A stretch of 64,000 nt of DNA from a virus. This document shows, piece by piece, positions 19,609 to 27,202 of the stretch; the stretch's first letter is position 1, and every line of letters begins with the position of its first letter. The notes under the pieces were generated by a model. That model was not told the origin of the DNA. It made no database searches and saw only the letters and a program-made list of their open reading frames with translations. The DNA is taken from IMG/VR virus record IMGVR_UViG_3300049324_000053. One strand, 5' to 3'. Both the position numbers and the translations under genes were made by a program.

Positions 19609-19721
19609 CAGGCCGAAGGTCCCCACAAATTCCATCATTTCCGACTACTCAGGATCATCGGTGACTTGCCGATACAGACGCGAAAGAACAGACACAGCGT
19701 CATGAATGGGAAGGTCATACG

Positions 19722-19955
19722 GTGGAAGAGATTCCGCGGTGCACGTTGGCCGCGATCTACGTTGTCCTGCGCACCGTGGTTGATGAGCCTTCGACCGAGC
19801 GGCGGGGGTTGCTGGTCGAGCGGGTCATGGCGATGCTGCCACCGGCGCTGAAGGCGCGGGTGATTCGGGTGGCGACGCAACGGGTGCAGTCCGGGCGCCT
19901 GATTCATGTGCCGGCGCAAGGTCCCGGCGGATGTGCCGATGAGGGTTGCCACTGA
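19722..19955 (+). CDS. hypothetical protein
   Basis: Helical ORF after GGAAGG RBS. Confidence 0.4.
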   Translation: MEEIPRCTLAAIYVVLRTVVDEPSTERRGLLVERVMAMLPPALKARVIRVATQRVQSGRLIHVPAQGPGGCADEGCH

Positions 19956-20136
19956 TGCGGCGGCTGGGCCCCGCTCCGGCCCGGCAGGGGGTTGCGGGCC
20001 GGAGCGTGTGACTGGCAACTTCGAGGCCAGACCCTAGCATTTTTCGCGTATCGTGCGCAACGGGTTCGGCATGTTGCGCATTGTGTCTGTAACGCTGCGG
20101 TATGTTGCGACTGCCCCCGAGTGGAAGCCGCCGCCC

Positions 20137-20886
20137 ATGCCAGAGCAGACGAACGACGTCGTTGACGTCAACTACCGACTCGACGCCGTCAACCGCGCCA
20201 TGGGCCTGGTCGCACGTGCACCGCACCCCGAACTGACCGACCTGCTCGCCTACGCGGACAGCATCTACCGGTGGCTGTCCCTACGATCCCGGCGTGCCGA
20301 CGGCCAGTCCGACGAAGGGATCCGGCTGCAGGCGTACGACCGCAGCCAGCAGTTCAACAGCCGCTGGTCGTACCTGTCCACGAACCTGCCCTACCTGCTC
20401 GACGCCGCGGAAACGATCTACAAGTACCTCGTCTCCGGGCCCATCGACGAGGTTCCCGTCCAGCTCAACGTGTACGTCAGCGACCCGTACGAGCAAGGCA
20501 CCTCCACCCCCATCTCGAAAGGAACGATCATCGTGGCCGTACAGATGCGCGACACCCAGCAGGTCCGCGTCAGCGTCGAAGCTGTCGACTCCAAAGGCAA
20601 TCAGGTCGAAAGCGGCAACCTGACCTGGACCAGCGACAACGAGACCGTCGCCACCATCACCGTCGACCCGGACAACGCGATGGCCGCCATCATCGTCGCC
20701 GGCAGCCCCGGCGCCGCGGTCGTCACTGTGTCCGACGGCAACCTGTCCGGACAGGAACTGATCACCGTGACCGCCGGCGCCGCGGCAAGCTTCAGCCTGT
20801 CCGAGGGCCCCATCACCGAGCAGCCCGCCGCGGCAACGCCGCCCGCCGCGGCGGCACCCGGCGACGGCGGTGTGACCAACAACTGA
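20137..20886 (+). CDS. protein with duplicated helical motif and C-terminal Ig-like (Big_2-type) domain
   Basis: LLAYADSIYRWL / LLDAAETIYKYL repeat; LTWTSDNETVATITV...AGSPGAAVVTV. Confidence 0.7.
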   Translation: MPEQTNDVVDVNYRLDAVNRAMGLVARAPHPELTDLLAYADSIYRWLSLRSRRADGQSDEGIRLQAYDRSQQFNSRWSYLSTNLPYLLDAAETIYKYLVSGPIDEVPVQLNVYVSDPYEQGTSTPISKGTIIVAVQMRDTQQVRVSVEAVDSKGNQVESGNLTWTSDNETVATITVDPDNAMAAIIVAGSPGAAVVTVSDGNLSGQELITVTAGAAASFSLSEGPITEQPAAATPPAAAAPGDGGVTNN

Positions 20887-21054
20887 GCGCGAGCGCGCAC
20901 CTCGCTGCGCGCTCGGTTCGGACTCGACACGCCGCCTGGGGGGATGGGCGTGGAGAATTCCGGGTAACCGCAAGACCCCCTTTGACGTGGCGCAGCCGTG
21001 GCGATGGCACCCGCCCGCGGCTGCGTCACACCCCCCGGCACGAAGGACGACATC

Positions 21055-21447
21055 ATGCGCCGCATCATCGAGCAGCTCACCGACGACCTGACCGACGCAC
21101 CCGCCGACGAGACCGTGCGCTTCGCGCTCGACGGCACGAGCTACCTCATCGACCTGACCGCCGACAACGCCAAGACGATGCGGGAAGCGTTCGCGGCGTA
21201 TGTCGAGGTAGCTCGCCGGGACAGTGCACCGGCCACCGGCGGCCGCGCGGCGGCCCGCGGCGGCGGCCGGCGGGTCACCGCGGCCGCGCAACGTGCCGCG
21301 CGCAGCGCGTATCTGCAGTCGGTGCGGGCCTGGGCCCGGGACCACGGTTACACGATGTCGGAGTTCGGGCGGGTACCGGAGTCGGTGCTTGCCGCGTACG
21401 GCGAAGCGACCGGCGTGCACAGCCCCGACGATCTGACCGACGTCTGA
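21055..21447 (+). CDS. lsr2: Lsr2 family nucleoid-associated protein
   Basis: DDLTDAPADETVRFALDGTSYLIDL dimerisation domain; VRAWARDHG..SEFGRVP DNA-binding domain. Confidence 0.92.
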   Translation: MRRIIEQLTDDLTDAPADETVRFALDGTSYLIDLTADNAKTMREAFAAYVEVARRDSAPATGGRAAARGGGRRVTAAAQRAARSAYLQSVRAWARDHGYTMSEFGRVPESVLAAYGEATGVHSPDDLTDV

Positions 21448-21453
21448 CCGGCG

Positions 21454-21735
21454 ATGTCCGGTGTGACGCAGGTGCGGTGGTTGCGGCCGGCGGACGGGCA
21501 GGTGTTCCACGCGTTCGTCGGCCCGGCGCCGGGCCGTTCGGAATGCGCGGAGCCGTTCAACGACCGTTGGGAGCCCCCCGATGTGGGAACGGTCTGGATG
21601 CCGCTGTGCCCGCGCTGCCTGACCGCACGGCTGTCGGCACCGCTGCCGCTGCTGCCGGACGTGGCGCTCGGACCCCCGGTCGCCACGGTGGCCGCCGACA
21701 TGCCACGTCAGCCGACCCCGGGGCCTGGTACCTGA
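21454..21735 (+). CDS. small zinc-finger protein
   Basis: H..C...CPRC ligands. Confidence 0.6.
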   Translation: MSGVTQVRWLRPADGQVFHAFVGPAPGRSECAEPFNDRWEPPDVGTVWMPLCPRCLTARLSAPLPLLPDVALGPPVATVAADMPRQPTPGPGT

Positions 21736-21812
21736 TCCGATCTGATCCGATCTGCCGACGGTCCCGCCGATAGCACCAGCAACGACACACCCGGCGACAG
21801 TAGGGCGGCGCG

Positions 21813-21992
21813 ATGAGCAGCAAGGAACCCGATCGCGTTCTCGGTGACGGGGCGAAGGGCGACCTGGAACATCCTGAGCGGACAGCACCCGCAGCCGACC
21901 CGGCCGCGGCCGTCAACACCGACCAGGACAAGACCGTCGACACCGCAGCCGACGCGGCCAGCAAGAACGACTCTCACGCTGACAAGGAGTAG
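21813..21992 (+). CDS. small acidic disordered protein (MSSKEPDRVLGDG...)
   Basis: Hand translation, 59 aa; ends 2 nt before next ATG; preceded by the late-type motif at 21749. Confidence 0.5.
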   Translation: MSSKEPDRVLGDGAKGDLEHPERTAPAADPAAAVNTDQDKTVDTAADAASKNDSHADKE

Positions 21993-21994
21993 TC

Positions 21995-22345
21995 ATGCCT
22001 ACCAGCCCCCTTAGTGGCGACCCGGGCAAGGGCGTCGCCAAGAACGCTCCCGAGGTCACCAGCGAGACCAAGCCGGCCCCGCAACAGCAGGAAGCCGCGC
22101 CGGCCCTGTCGCACGGTGAGGAGCCCGGCTGGGTCACCTCCCGCCGGGAAGCGGAACACAAGTCGATGAACGACCCCGCCGGTCAGACGCCGCTGCAGAT
22201 GCGCGCCGGCAACCACGACCCGGCTGTCGACCCCGCCACCGACGACAACGGCCCGACCCGCACCATCAAGCCCGACGGCATGGAGCCCGGCGCGCTGCCC
22301 GACGACGAGCCGCCGATCGTCGGCGGCACTCTGCCGCCGGTCTGA
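21995..22345 (+). CDS. acidic proline-rich disordered protein
   Basis: AAGGAG RBS; strong GC3 bias. Confidence 0.65.
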   Translation: MPTSPLSGDPGKGVAKNAPEVTSETKPAPQQQEAAPALSHGEEPGWVTSRREAEHKSMNDPAGQTPLQMRAGNHDPAVDPATDDNGPTRTIKPDGMEPGALPDDEPPIVGGTLPPV

Positions 22346-22446
22346 CCCCCAACTCGTCCGGCTCACTGGGCGTCGGCCGGACGGGCGGCGCGGCACTGCT
22401 GCCTGTGGGCCGGTGCCGCGCCGCAGTACAAGGACAGGTGGTAGCG

Positions 22447-22617
22447 ATGCGTCGCGAGACCGCGACCTGGGACGTCGACCTTCCGCATGCGTTCCGGCCG
22501 ACTCGGCGCGCCGACACGTGCTGGTGCGGCCGCAGCCCGGCTGACGACCTGCACGACGAGGTGCCGGCCGGCCCGGAACGTGCCGCGCAGGTTGTCGTCA
22601 CCGAGAAGGGCACCTAG
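22447..22617 (+). CDS. small His/Cys protein
   Basis: PHAF...CWCG...LH motif. Confidence 0.45.
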   Translation: MRRETATWDVDLPHAFRPTRRADTCWCGRSPADDLHDEVPAGPERAAQVVVTEKGT

Positions 22618-22622
22618 AGCTG

Positions 22623-22880
22623 ATGCTGGAACGGCGTGCCTGCGACTGCACCGTCGACGAGTCCGGTGCATCGGCGCGCACTCTCGGCCATGAGGTGCCC
22701 GGCATATACGACGGGGTGCTGTTCTGGCAGTGCAGCGCCTGCCGTGACTGCTGGCCCCGGTTCGACGCCGGCGACGACCCCCGGTTGCATGCTGCTGCGG
22801 TGCGCTATCTGGAGGCGCACCCGGGCGGGGTGTTCACCGGGGGCATGTTCGGCGAGCATCGCCCGTTTGGGCATGACTGA
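22623..22880 (+). CDS. zinc-ribbon phage protein
   Basis: GIYDGVLFWQCSACRDCWPRF motif. Confidence 0.6.
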   Translation: MLERRACDCTVDESGASARTLGHEVPGIYDGVLFWQCSACRDCWPRFDAGDDPRLHAAAVRYLEAHPGGVFTGGMFGEHRPFGHD

Positions 22881-23005
22881 TTGTTGTCGTTCTGTTACTG
22901 ATTGTGGTCTATGGTTCGGCCCGTTATTACTGTTGAGCGGAAGACGAATGTCGCGTCGTCGGTGTCTTGCCGTGTCCCGGCATAGTGTTCGTTAATGTGC
23001 TCGGC

Positions 23006-23437
23006 GTGACCTATGTGCGTGTAACGTCCGCCCTGGCCCTCGTAGGCGCTTTGACCGTGAGTACGCTGCTCACCGGGTGCAACACCGACGCCAAGCAGCC
23101 CAGCTCCATAGCCACCAGCGCGCCCACGTCGGCCGCCGGCACCGGCACCGGTCACGTCGAGGACGTCACCATCATCAGCTGTGACATCGACCCGACGATC
23201 CAATTTCCGGCTATCAAGTACACCGTGACCAACCACAGCTCGAAGCGGTCGAACTACATCATCGAGATCGTCGTCACGAACGCCGCGGGACAGCAGGTCG
23301 GCACCGCGCCGGGCGCGGTCAACGGTCTGGAACCTGGCCAGTCGACCGCCCCGCAGGACACCTCTACTGCCGCGGTCGCCGCCGGCCCCATCAAGTGCAA
23401 GGTGTCCAGCGTCAGCCGGTATGCGGCGGCCGGCTAG
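23006..23437 (+). CDS. lipoprotein with Ig-like (FxLYD-like) domain
   Basis: Signal peptide with LLTGC lipobox; VTNHSSKRSNYII...VNGLEPGQS; start GTG 23006 after TAATGT. Confidence 0.75.
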   Translation: MTYVRVTSALALVGALTVSTLLTGCNTDAKQPSSIATSAPTSAAGTGTGHVEDVTIISCDIDPTIQFPAIKYTVTNHSSKRSNYIIEIVVTNAAGQQVGTAPGAVNGLEPGQSTAPQDTSTAAVAAGPIKCKVSSVSRYAAAG

Positions 23438-23787
23438 TACAGCGCCTCGTTGCCGCAGTCCGGGCAGTCCGGGCTGTATCGCTTGTGCCGGCGGCCGCCG
23501 CGGTAGTACGACGCGCACGAACGGCGTTCCGTACCGATCTCCTTGATCCACCCGATCGGTTCCTCGCCGCCGTCCGCATCGAACGCGCCGGCGGCGAGCA
23601 CCACGGCCGGCAGGCTGTCGTGATAGCACCAGCCGCGCGCATAGAAGCCCGGCGCGTCCTTGCAGGTGAGGGTGACGCGCAGATTGCCACCCATCATGAC
23701 CATGACGTCGATGAAGTAGTACTCGGTTTCGCGCACCCGCCAGCCGCCTTCGATGCGCTGCGGGTTCTCAATCGAGACATTGCTCAT
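23434..23787 (-). CDS. hypothetical protein
   Basis: RGWCY...EPIGWIK motif; Cys-rich tail. Confidence 0.65.
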   Translation of the reverse strand: MSNVSIENPQRIEGGWRVRETEYYFIDVMVMMGGNLRVTLTCKDAPGFYARGWCYHDSLPAVVLAAGAFDADGGEEPIGWIKEIGTERRSCASYYRGGRRHKRYSPDCPDCGNEALY

Positions 23788-23798
23788 CTCGTGAGGGT

Positions 23799-24002
23799 AT
23801 GGACAACTGGCGCCGGTATGGTGACGGCATGCAGGCTGAGTCGCAGTGGGATGCCGTAGCGGACGTGCGGGCGATGCGCGACGAGGACATTCGGATCTCG
23901 GACGAGAAGATGGAAGAGCAGCGGCGTGACGGCGCGGAAGGTCCGGAGATCAACGAGGTGGGCCGGGCCCTGCTGCGTGAACTCGGGCTGACGGTCCGAT
24001 GA
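23799..24002 (+). CDS. small acidic hypothetical protein
   Basis: ATGA overlap with next gene. Confidence 0.5.
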   Translation: MDNWRRYGDGMQAESQWDAVADVRAMRDEDIRISDEKMEEQRRDGAEGPEINEVGRALLRELGLTVR

Positions 24003-24493
24003 GCATCGACGACACTCCGCCGTCAGCGGGCACTCCACTGGTCGTCTGTGCGGTGTGCGCCCGAGTGCTGTCCTATGACGGGACTGCTGGCGGGTACGCC
24101 CACAGTTTCCAGGACCGGGACACCGACCATCCGGCCGTGGCGACCTATGCCCGTGATCTGCCGACGCACCACGCGCGATGCGACTTTTGTAACGCGGACG
24201 TCGCCCATGATGCGGTCTGGACCGTGCCGGCCCGGGATTTTTGTCACCCGCAGATCCTTGGAGCGCCGCCGGAGGTGTCGGTCGGCGACTGGGCCGCATG
24301 CATCGGCTGTGTCGAGCTGGTCCGCTCGAACCGCTGGGATCAGCTGGTGGAACGGGTCGTGCGTCTGAGCCCGTCCCTGTCGAACGTTGCCTCCTTGCAG
24401 CAGCGCGCCTGGCTGGTGGCGTTGTACCGTAAGCTGGCCGAGCACATGACCGGCGAGCCCTACCGGGGGCCGACGCGACGCATCCAAGCGTGA
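23999..24493 (+). CDS. zinc-binding hypothetical protein
   Basis: CAVC, CDFC, WAACIGC motifs. Confidence 0.7.
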   Translation: MSIDDTPPSAGTPLVVCAVCARVLSYDGTAGGYAHSFQDRDTDHPAVATYARDLPTHHARCDFCNADVAHDAVWTVPARDFCHPQILGAPPEVSVGDWAACIGCVELVRSNRWDQLVERVVRLSPSLSNVASLQQRAWLVALYRKLAEHMTGEPYRGPTRRIQA

Positions 24494-24556
24494 GCGAACT
24501 GTTGATCTGACGTCACGCTGCGCGACGGCGTTCGTGTTATCGCCTATGATGGGTTC

Positions 24557-25078
24557 ATGCCGACGCAGCCCGTTCCCACGCAGGATCGCCCTCGCCGCGG
24601 CTCCCGCGCCGGCACCGTGTCGGCCAGCGGCGAGTACAACCGGGCGCGGATCTTGGCGTATCTGGCGGACTGTGAGGCGCAGCGTAAGAATCCCACGATC
24701 TTGGAGATCGGCGCCGCGCTGGGGTTGGCGTTCGGCACGGTGCGCCGGCATCTGCTGACGATGGAGGCCGATGGCCGCATCGAGCGGGCCGGGCAGGTGG
24801 GGCAGGCGCGGGTGTGGCGTTTGACAACCTCGACGCCGGGACCGGTCGAGTCGCTGCGCGAGGTGTTCTGCGCTCGGCTGGCCGCTGCACGGATCACGGC
24901 GGGGTTGAGCGTCGAGCAGGCGGCCATGGCGGCAGGAGTGGCGCCGGAGTGGTTGCGACTGCTGGAGAACGGTGAGGCGCTCCCTGTGACCGGCATGCTG
25001 CTCGATCAGCTGGCGTCGGCGTATGGGACGTCCCTGGCGGCGTGGTTGTTCGAGCCGTTATTGGCTCCGATCGGCTGA
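24557..25078 (+). CDS. regulator with LexA-type wHTH fused to XRE HTH
   Basis: ILAYL...NPTILEIGAALGL..TVRRHLLTMEADGRI; then RLAAARITAGLSVEQAA...LLENG; no S24 peptidase domain. Confidence 0.8.
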   Translation: MPTQPVPTQDRPRRGSRAGTVSASGEYNRARILAYLADCEAQRKNPTILEIGAALGLAFGTVRRHLLTMEADGRIERAGQVGQARVWRLTTSTPGPVESLREVFCARLAAARITAGLSVEQAAMAAGVAPEWLRLLENGEALPVTGMLLDQLASAYGTSLAAWLFEPLLAPIG

Positions 25079-25086
25079 CGCCGGCG

Positions 25087-25284
25087 ATGTCCGCGACCGT
25101 GGTGGCGTATCTGGTCAGTTGCTGTGATTGTGCATGTCGCTGGGACACGGCGAACGCGCTTGTGGTCGGGGCGACGCATGCGGTGCGTTACCGGCATCAT
25201 GTCCGCGGCCAAGTTACTCGCGAGTACGAGTGGTCGCCTCCCCCGGCCCGAGACGACGATTCGTCCCAGCCGACGCTGTTCTGA
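25087..25284 (+). CDS. small C2H2-like protein
   Basis: CCDC...H....H. Confidence 0.45.
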   Translation: MSATVVAYLVSCCDCACRWDTANALVVGATHAVRYRHHVRGQVTREYEWSPPPARDDDSSQPTLF

Positions 25285-25321
25285 CCGTTTCCTCGCCGTC
25301 CGATGTGTTGGTGACGCAGCG

Positions 25322-25861
25322 TCAACCGCTCAGGGTGCGTCGCGGGGGGCGGACCGCCTGCCGGTGATCGCGTAATCCGCTGGTCGCCACGTCCCAGGCG
25401 CTGCGCAGATGCCGGGCCTGATCGCCGCCTTTGCCGCCGGCCGGTGGGCGGATGGGCCGCGGGTACACGGCGGCCGGCCCGGAGCCGTTCGCGCCGGGGC
25501 GCACCGTGACCAGCGGGCAGGGCCACTGTTCGGCGCCGATCGCGCCGAGGGTGATGGCGGTGGCAAGGATGCCGGACGGGTCGATGAACGCGAGCTTGCC
25601 GTGATGGTGGCTGTTGGGCCGGGTGACGCCCTCGACGGTGACCAGCGGCCAGGTGCCGGCCGGCGCTTCGGCCAGCAGGGTGTGCACGGTGGTGGTGACC
25701 TCGTGCAGATAGTGGGGGTCGACGTCGAGCAGTTGTCCGCCGCGGCGCACGACAACCATCGCCATCGCCAGGGTCATCGTGCCGGGCGCGGGGCCGATGG
25801 CGGCCACGATGCCGGTCTCGCGGCCGCCGGGGTCGACGCCGATGACGTAATGGATGGGCAT
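25322..25861 (-). CDS. RuvC-like (RNase H fold) Holliday junction resolvase
   Basis: VIGVDPGGRETG, TVEG, HLRSAWDVA. Confidence 0.7.
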   Translation of the reverse strand: MPIHYVIGVDPGGRETGIVAAIGPAPGTMTLAMAMVVVRRGGQLLDVDPHYLHEVTTTVHTLLAEAPAGTWPLVTVEGVTRPNSHHHGKLAFIDPSGILATAITLGAIGAEQWPCPLVTVRPGANGSGPAAVYPRPIRPPAGGKGGDQARHLRSAWDVATSGLRDHRQAVRPPRRTLSG

Positions 25862-25906
25862 GGGGTCTCTTCCCGGTTGCTCAACGTAAGTGCTGCGTAA
25901 CGGTCA

Positions 25907-26009
25907 GTTCCAAATCTGGGAACAGTTTCCGGCCGATTCGGTCACTGCCGGTGGCGACCCCGTCGGGGCGCCTGTTCCAGATTTCGGAACAGTTCCTGAC
26001 ATACTGTTC
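25907..26009. promoter_or_regulatory. paired operator-like palindromes GTTCC-N7-GGAAC upstream of the packaging genes
   Basis: GTTCCAAATCTGGGAAC (25907) and GTTCCAGATTTCGGAAC (25974), each followed by AGTT. Confidence 0.55.
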
Positions 26010-26037
26010 ACGTGGTCTTACCCAGTGTGATGGTGTC

Positions 26038-26655
26038 ATGACGTCGGTCCAGCCGCTGACGGTCCGCTCCGTCGTCGGCTATCAGCTGCCCGTCCAGCAC
26101 CAGGACGAGGTCAGCTGGTACAACGCCACCCGCGACGCCTACACCGCCGAGACCCGCTTTTCCGAACGCACCGACCTCGCCGACCTCGACCGCCTCCTGG
26201 TTCTGGAACTGTCGATCTACCGGTTGAGCAACCATCTCGCGTCCGGCTACGACTACGAAGGCGAAGAAGTCGACGGCGAACGCCTGCGCCGCCAGCTGCG
26301 TGAGATGTCCGACGCGGTCACCAAACTGAAAACCGCGATGGGCCTGACGAAAAGCGCCCGCGACGCCGCCGCGAACGACGGCGACTTCGCCACCTGGCTG
26401 GCCACCTTGCAGCAACGCGCCCGCCTGTTCGGCATCCACCGCGAAAACCAGCTCACCCGCGCCCTGGTGCTCATGAACGAACTCGCCGGCATCGTCGGCG
26501 CCTACGACCGTGCCGACATCGAGGAGCGCCGGCGCATCGGGTTCGAAACCGAAGCCGACGTTGTGGACTGGATCCGCACCGTCATGGTCCCCGAATATCA
26601 CGAGATCGACGCCCACTTCCAGCAGAACGTGCAGCAATACTGGACCCGAGATTAG
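26038..26655 (+). CDS. putative terminase small subunit / conserved helical protein
   Basis: Position two genes before TerL; helical, KLKTAMGLTKSAR. Confidence 0.5.
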   Translation: MTSVQPLTVRSVVGYQLPVQHQDEVSWYNATRDAYTAETRFSERTDLADLDRLLVLELSIYRLSNHLASGYDYEGEEVDGERLRRQLREMSDAVTKLKTAMGLTKSARDAAANDGDFATWLATLQQRARLFGIHRENQLTRALVLMNELAGIVGAYDRADIEERRRIGFETEADVVDWIRTVMVPEYHEIDAHFQQNVQQYWTRD

Positions 26656-26665
26656 GACGGTCTTC

Positions 26666-27202
26666 GTGGGACGCGCCGACTTCGACAACGCCAAAAAGCT
26701 GTACCCCAGTGTCAACATGGGCGAAGCCGAATGGTTCGCCTATTTTCAGACCCCCGCCGGCGAACAAGCCATCGGCTACATCATGCGCGACATCTACGAC
26801 GAGGTGCTCGCCCTGGAAGAACGCGACACCGGCCGCGTGCCCATGGGCCGGCGCGCCGCCCGCCCCGCCGTGCCGCTGTCCACCGTGTACGCCAAAGTGT
26901 TCCCCCCCGCTTACAGCAACGAACCGTTCCCCGTGGCGCTGCGCACCCTGATGAACGGTCGTTCGATCCGCGCGTTCGCCGCGAAAGTTCCCATGGCGCA
27001 CGTCCCGCTGCACCGGCTGCTGGCCGGTGCCGACACCCCGGACCTGCGGCTCATGGAAGCCATCGCCGCCGCCGCCCGCGTCAAGCCAACCTACTTTTTG
27101 GAATACCGCGCCCAGTTCGTCGCCCTCATGGTGCAGCAAGCATTTCTCGCTCGCCCGCATCTGTCGATCCGTGCCATCCATGACCTGAAAGTGACCGCCT
27201 GA
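26666..27202 (+). CDS. XRE-like HTH protein
   Basis: LRTLMNGRSIRAFAAKV...LHRLLAG..TPDLRLMEAIA; coupled to TerL start. Confidence 0.65.
   Translation: MGRADFDNAKKLYPSVNMGEAEWFAYFQTPAGEQAIGYIMRDIYDEVLALEERDTGRVPMGRRAARPAVPLSTVYAKVFPPAYSNEPFPVALRTLMNGRSIRAFAAKVPMAHVPLHRLLAGADTPDLRLMEAIAAAARVKPTYFLEYRAQFVALMVQQAFLARPHLSIRAIHDLKVTA

Noticed and set aside
20271-21888. 500-aa (+) and 535-aa (-) ORFs over the Ig/lsr2 region
   Set aside because: Arg/Pro-rich off-frame or antisense shadows of recognisable genes, typical of high-GC DNA
24495-24510. Possible SOS box CGAACTGTTGATCT upstream of the LexA-like gene
   Set aside because: Right half-site deviates too far from GTTCG to support a call
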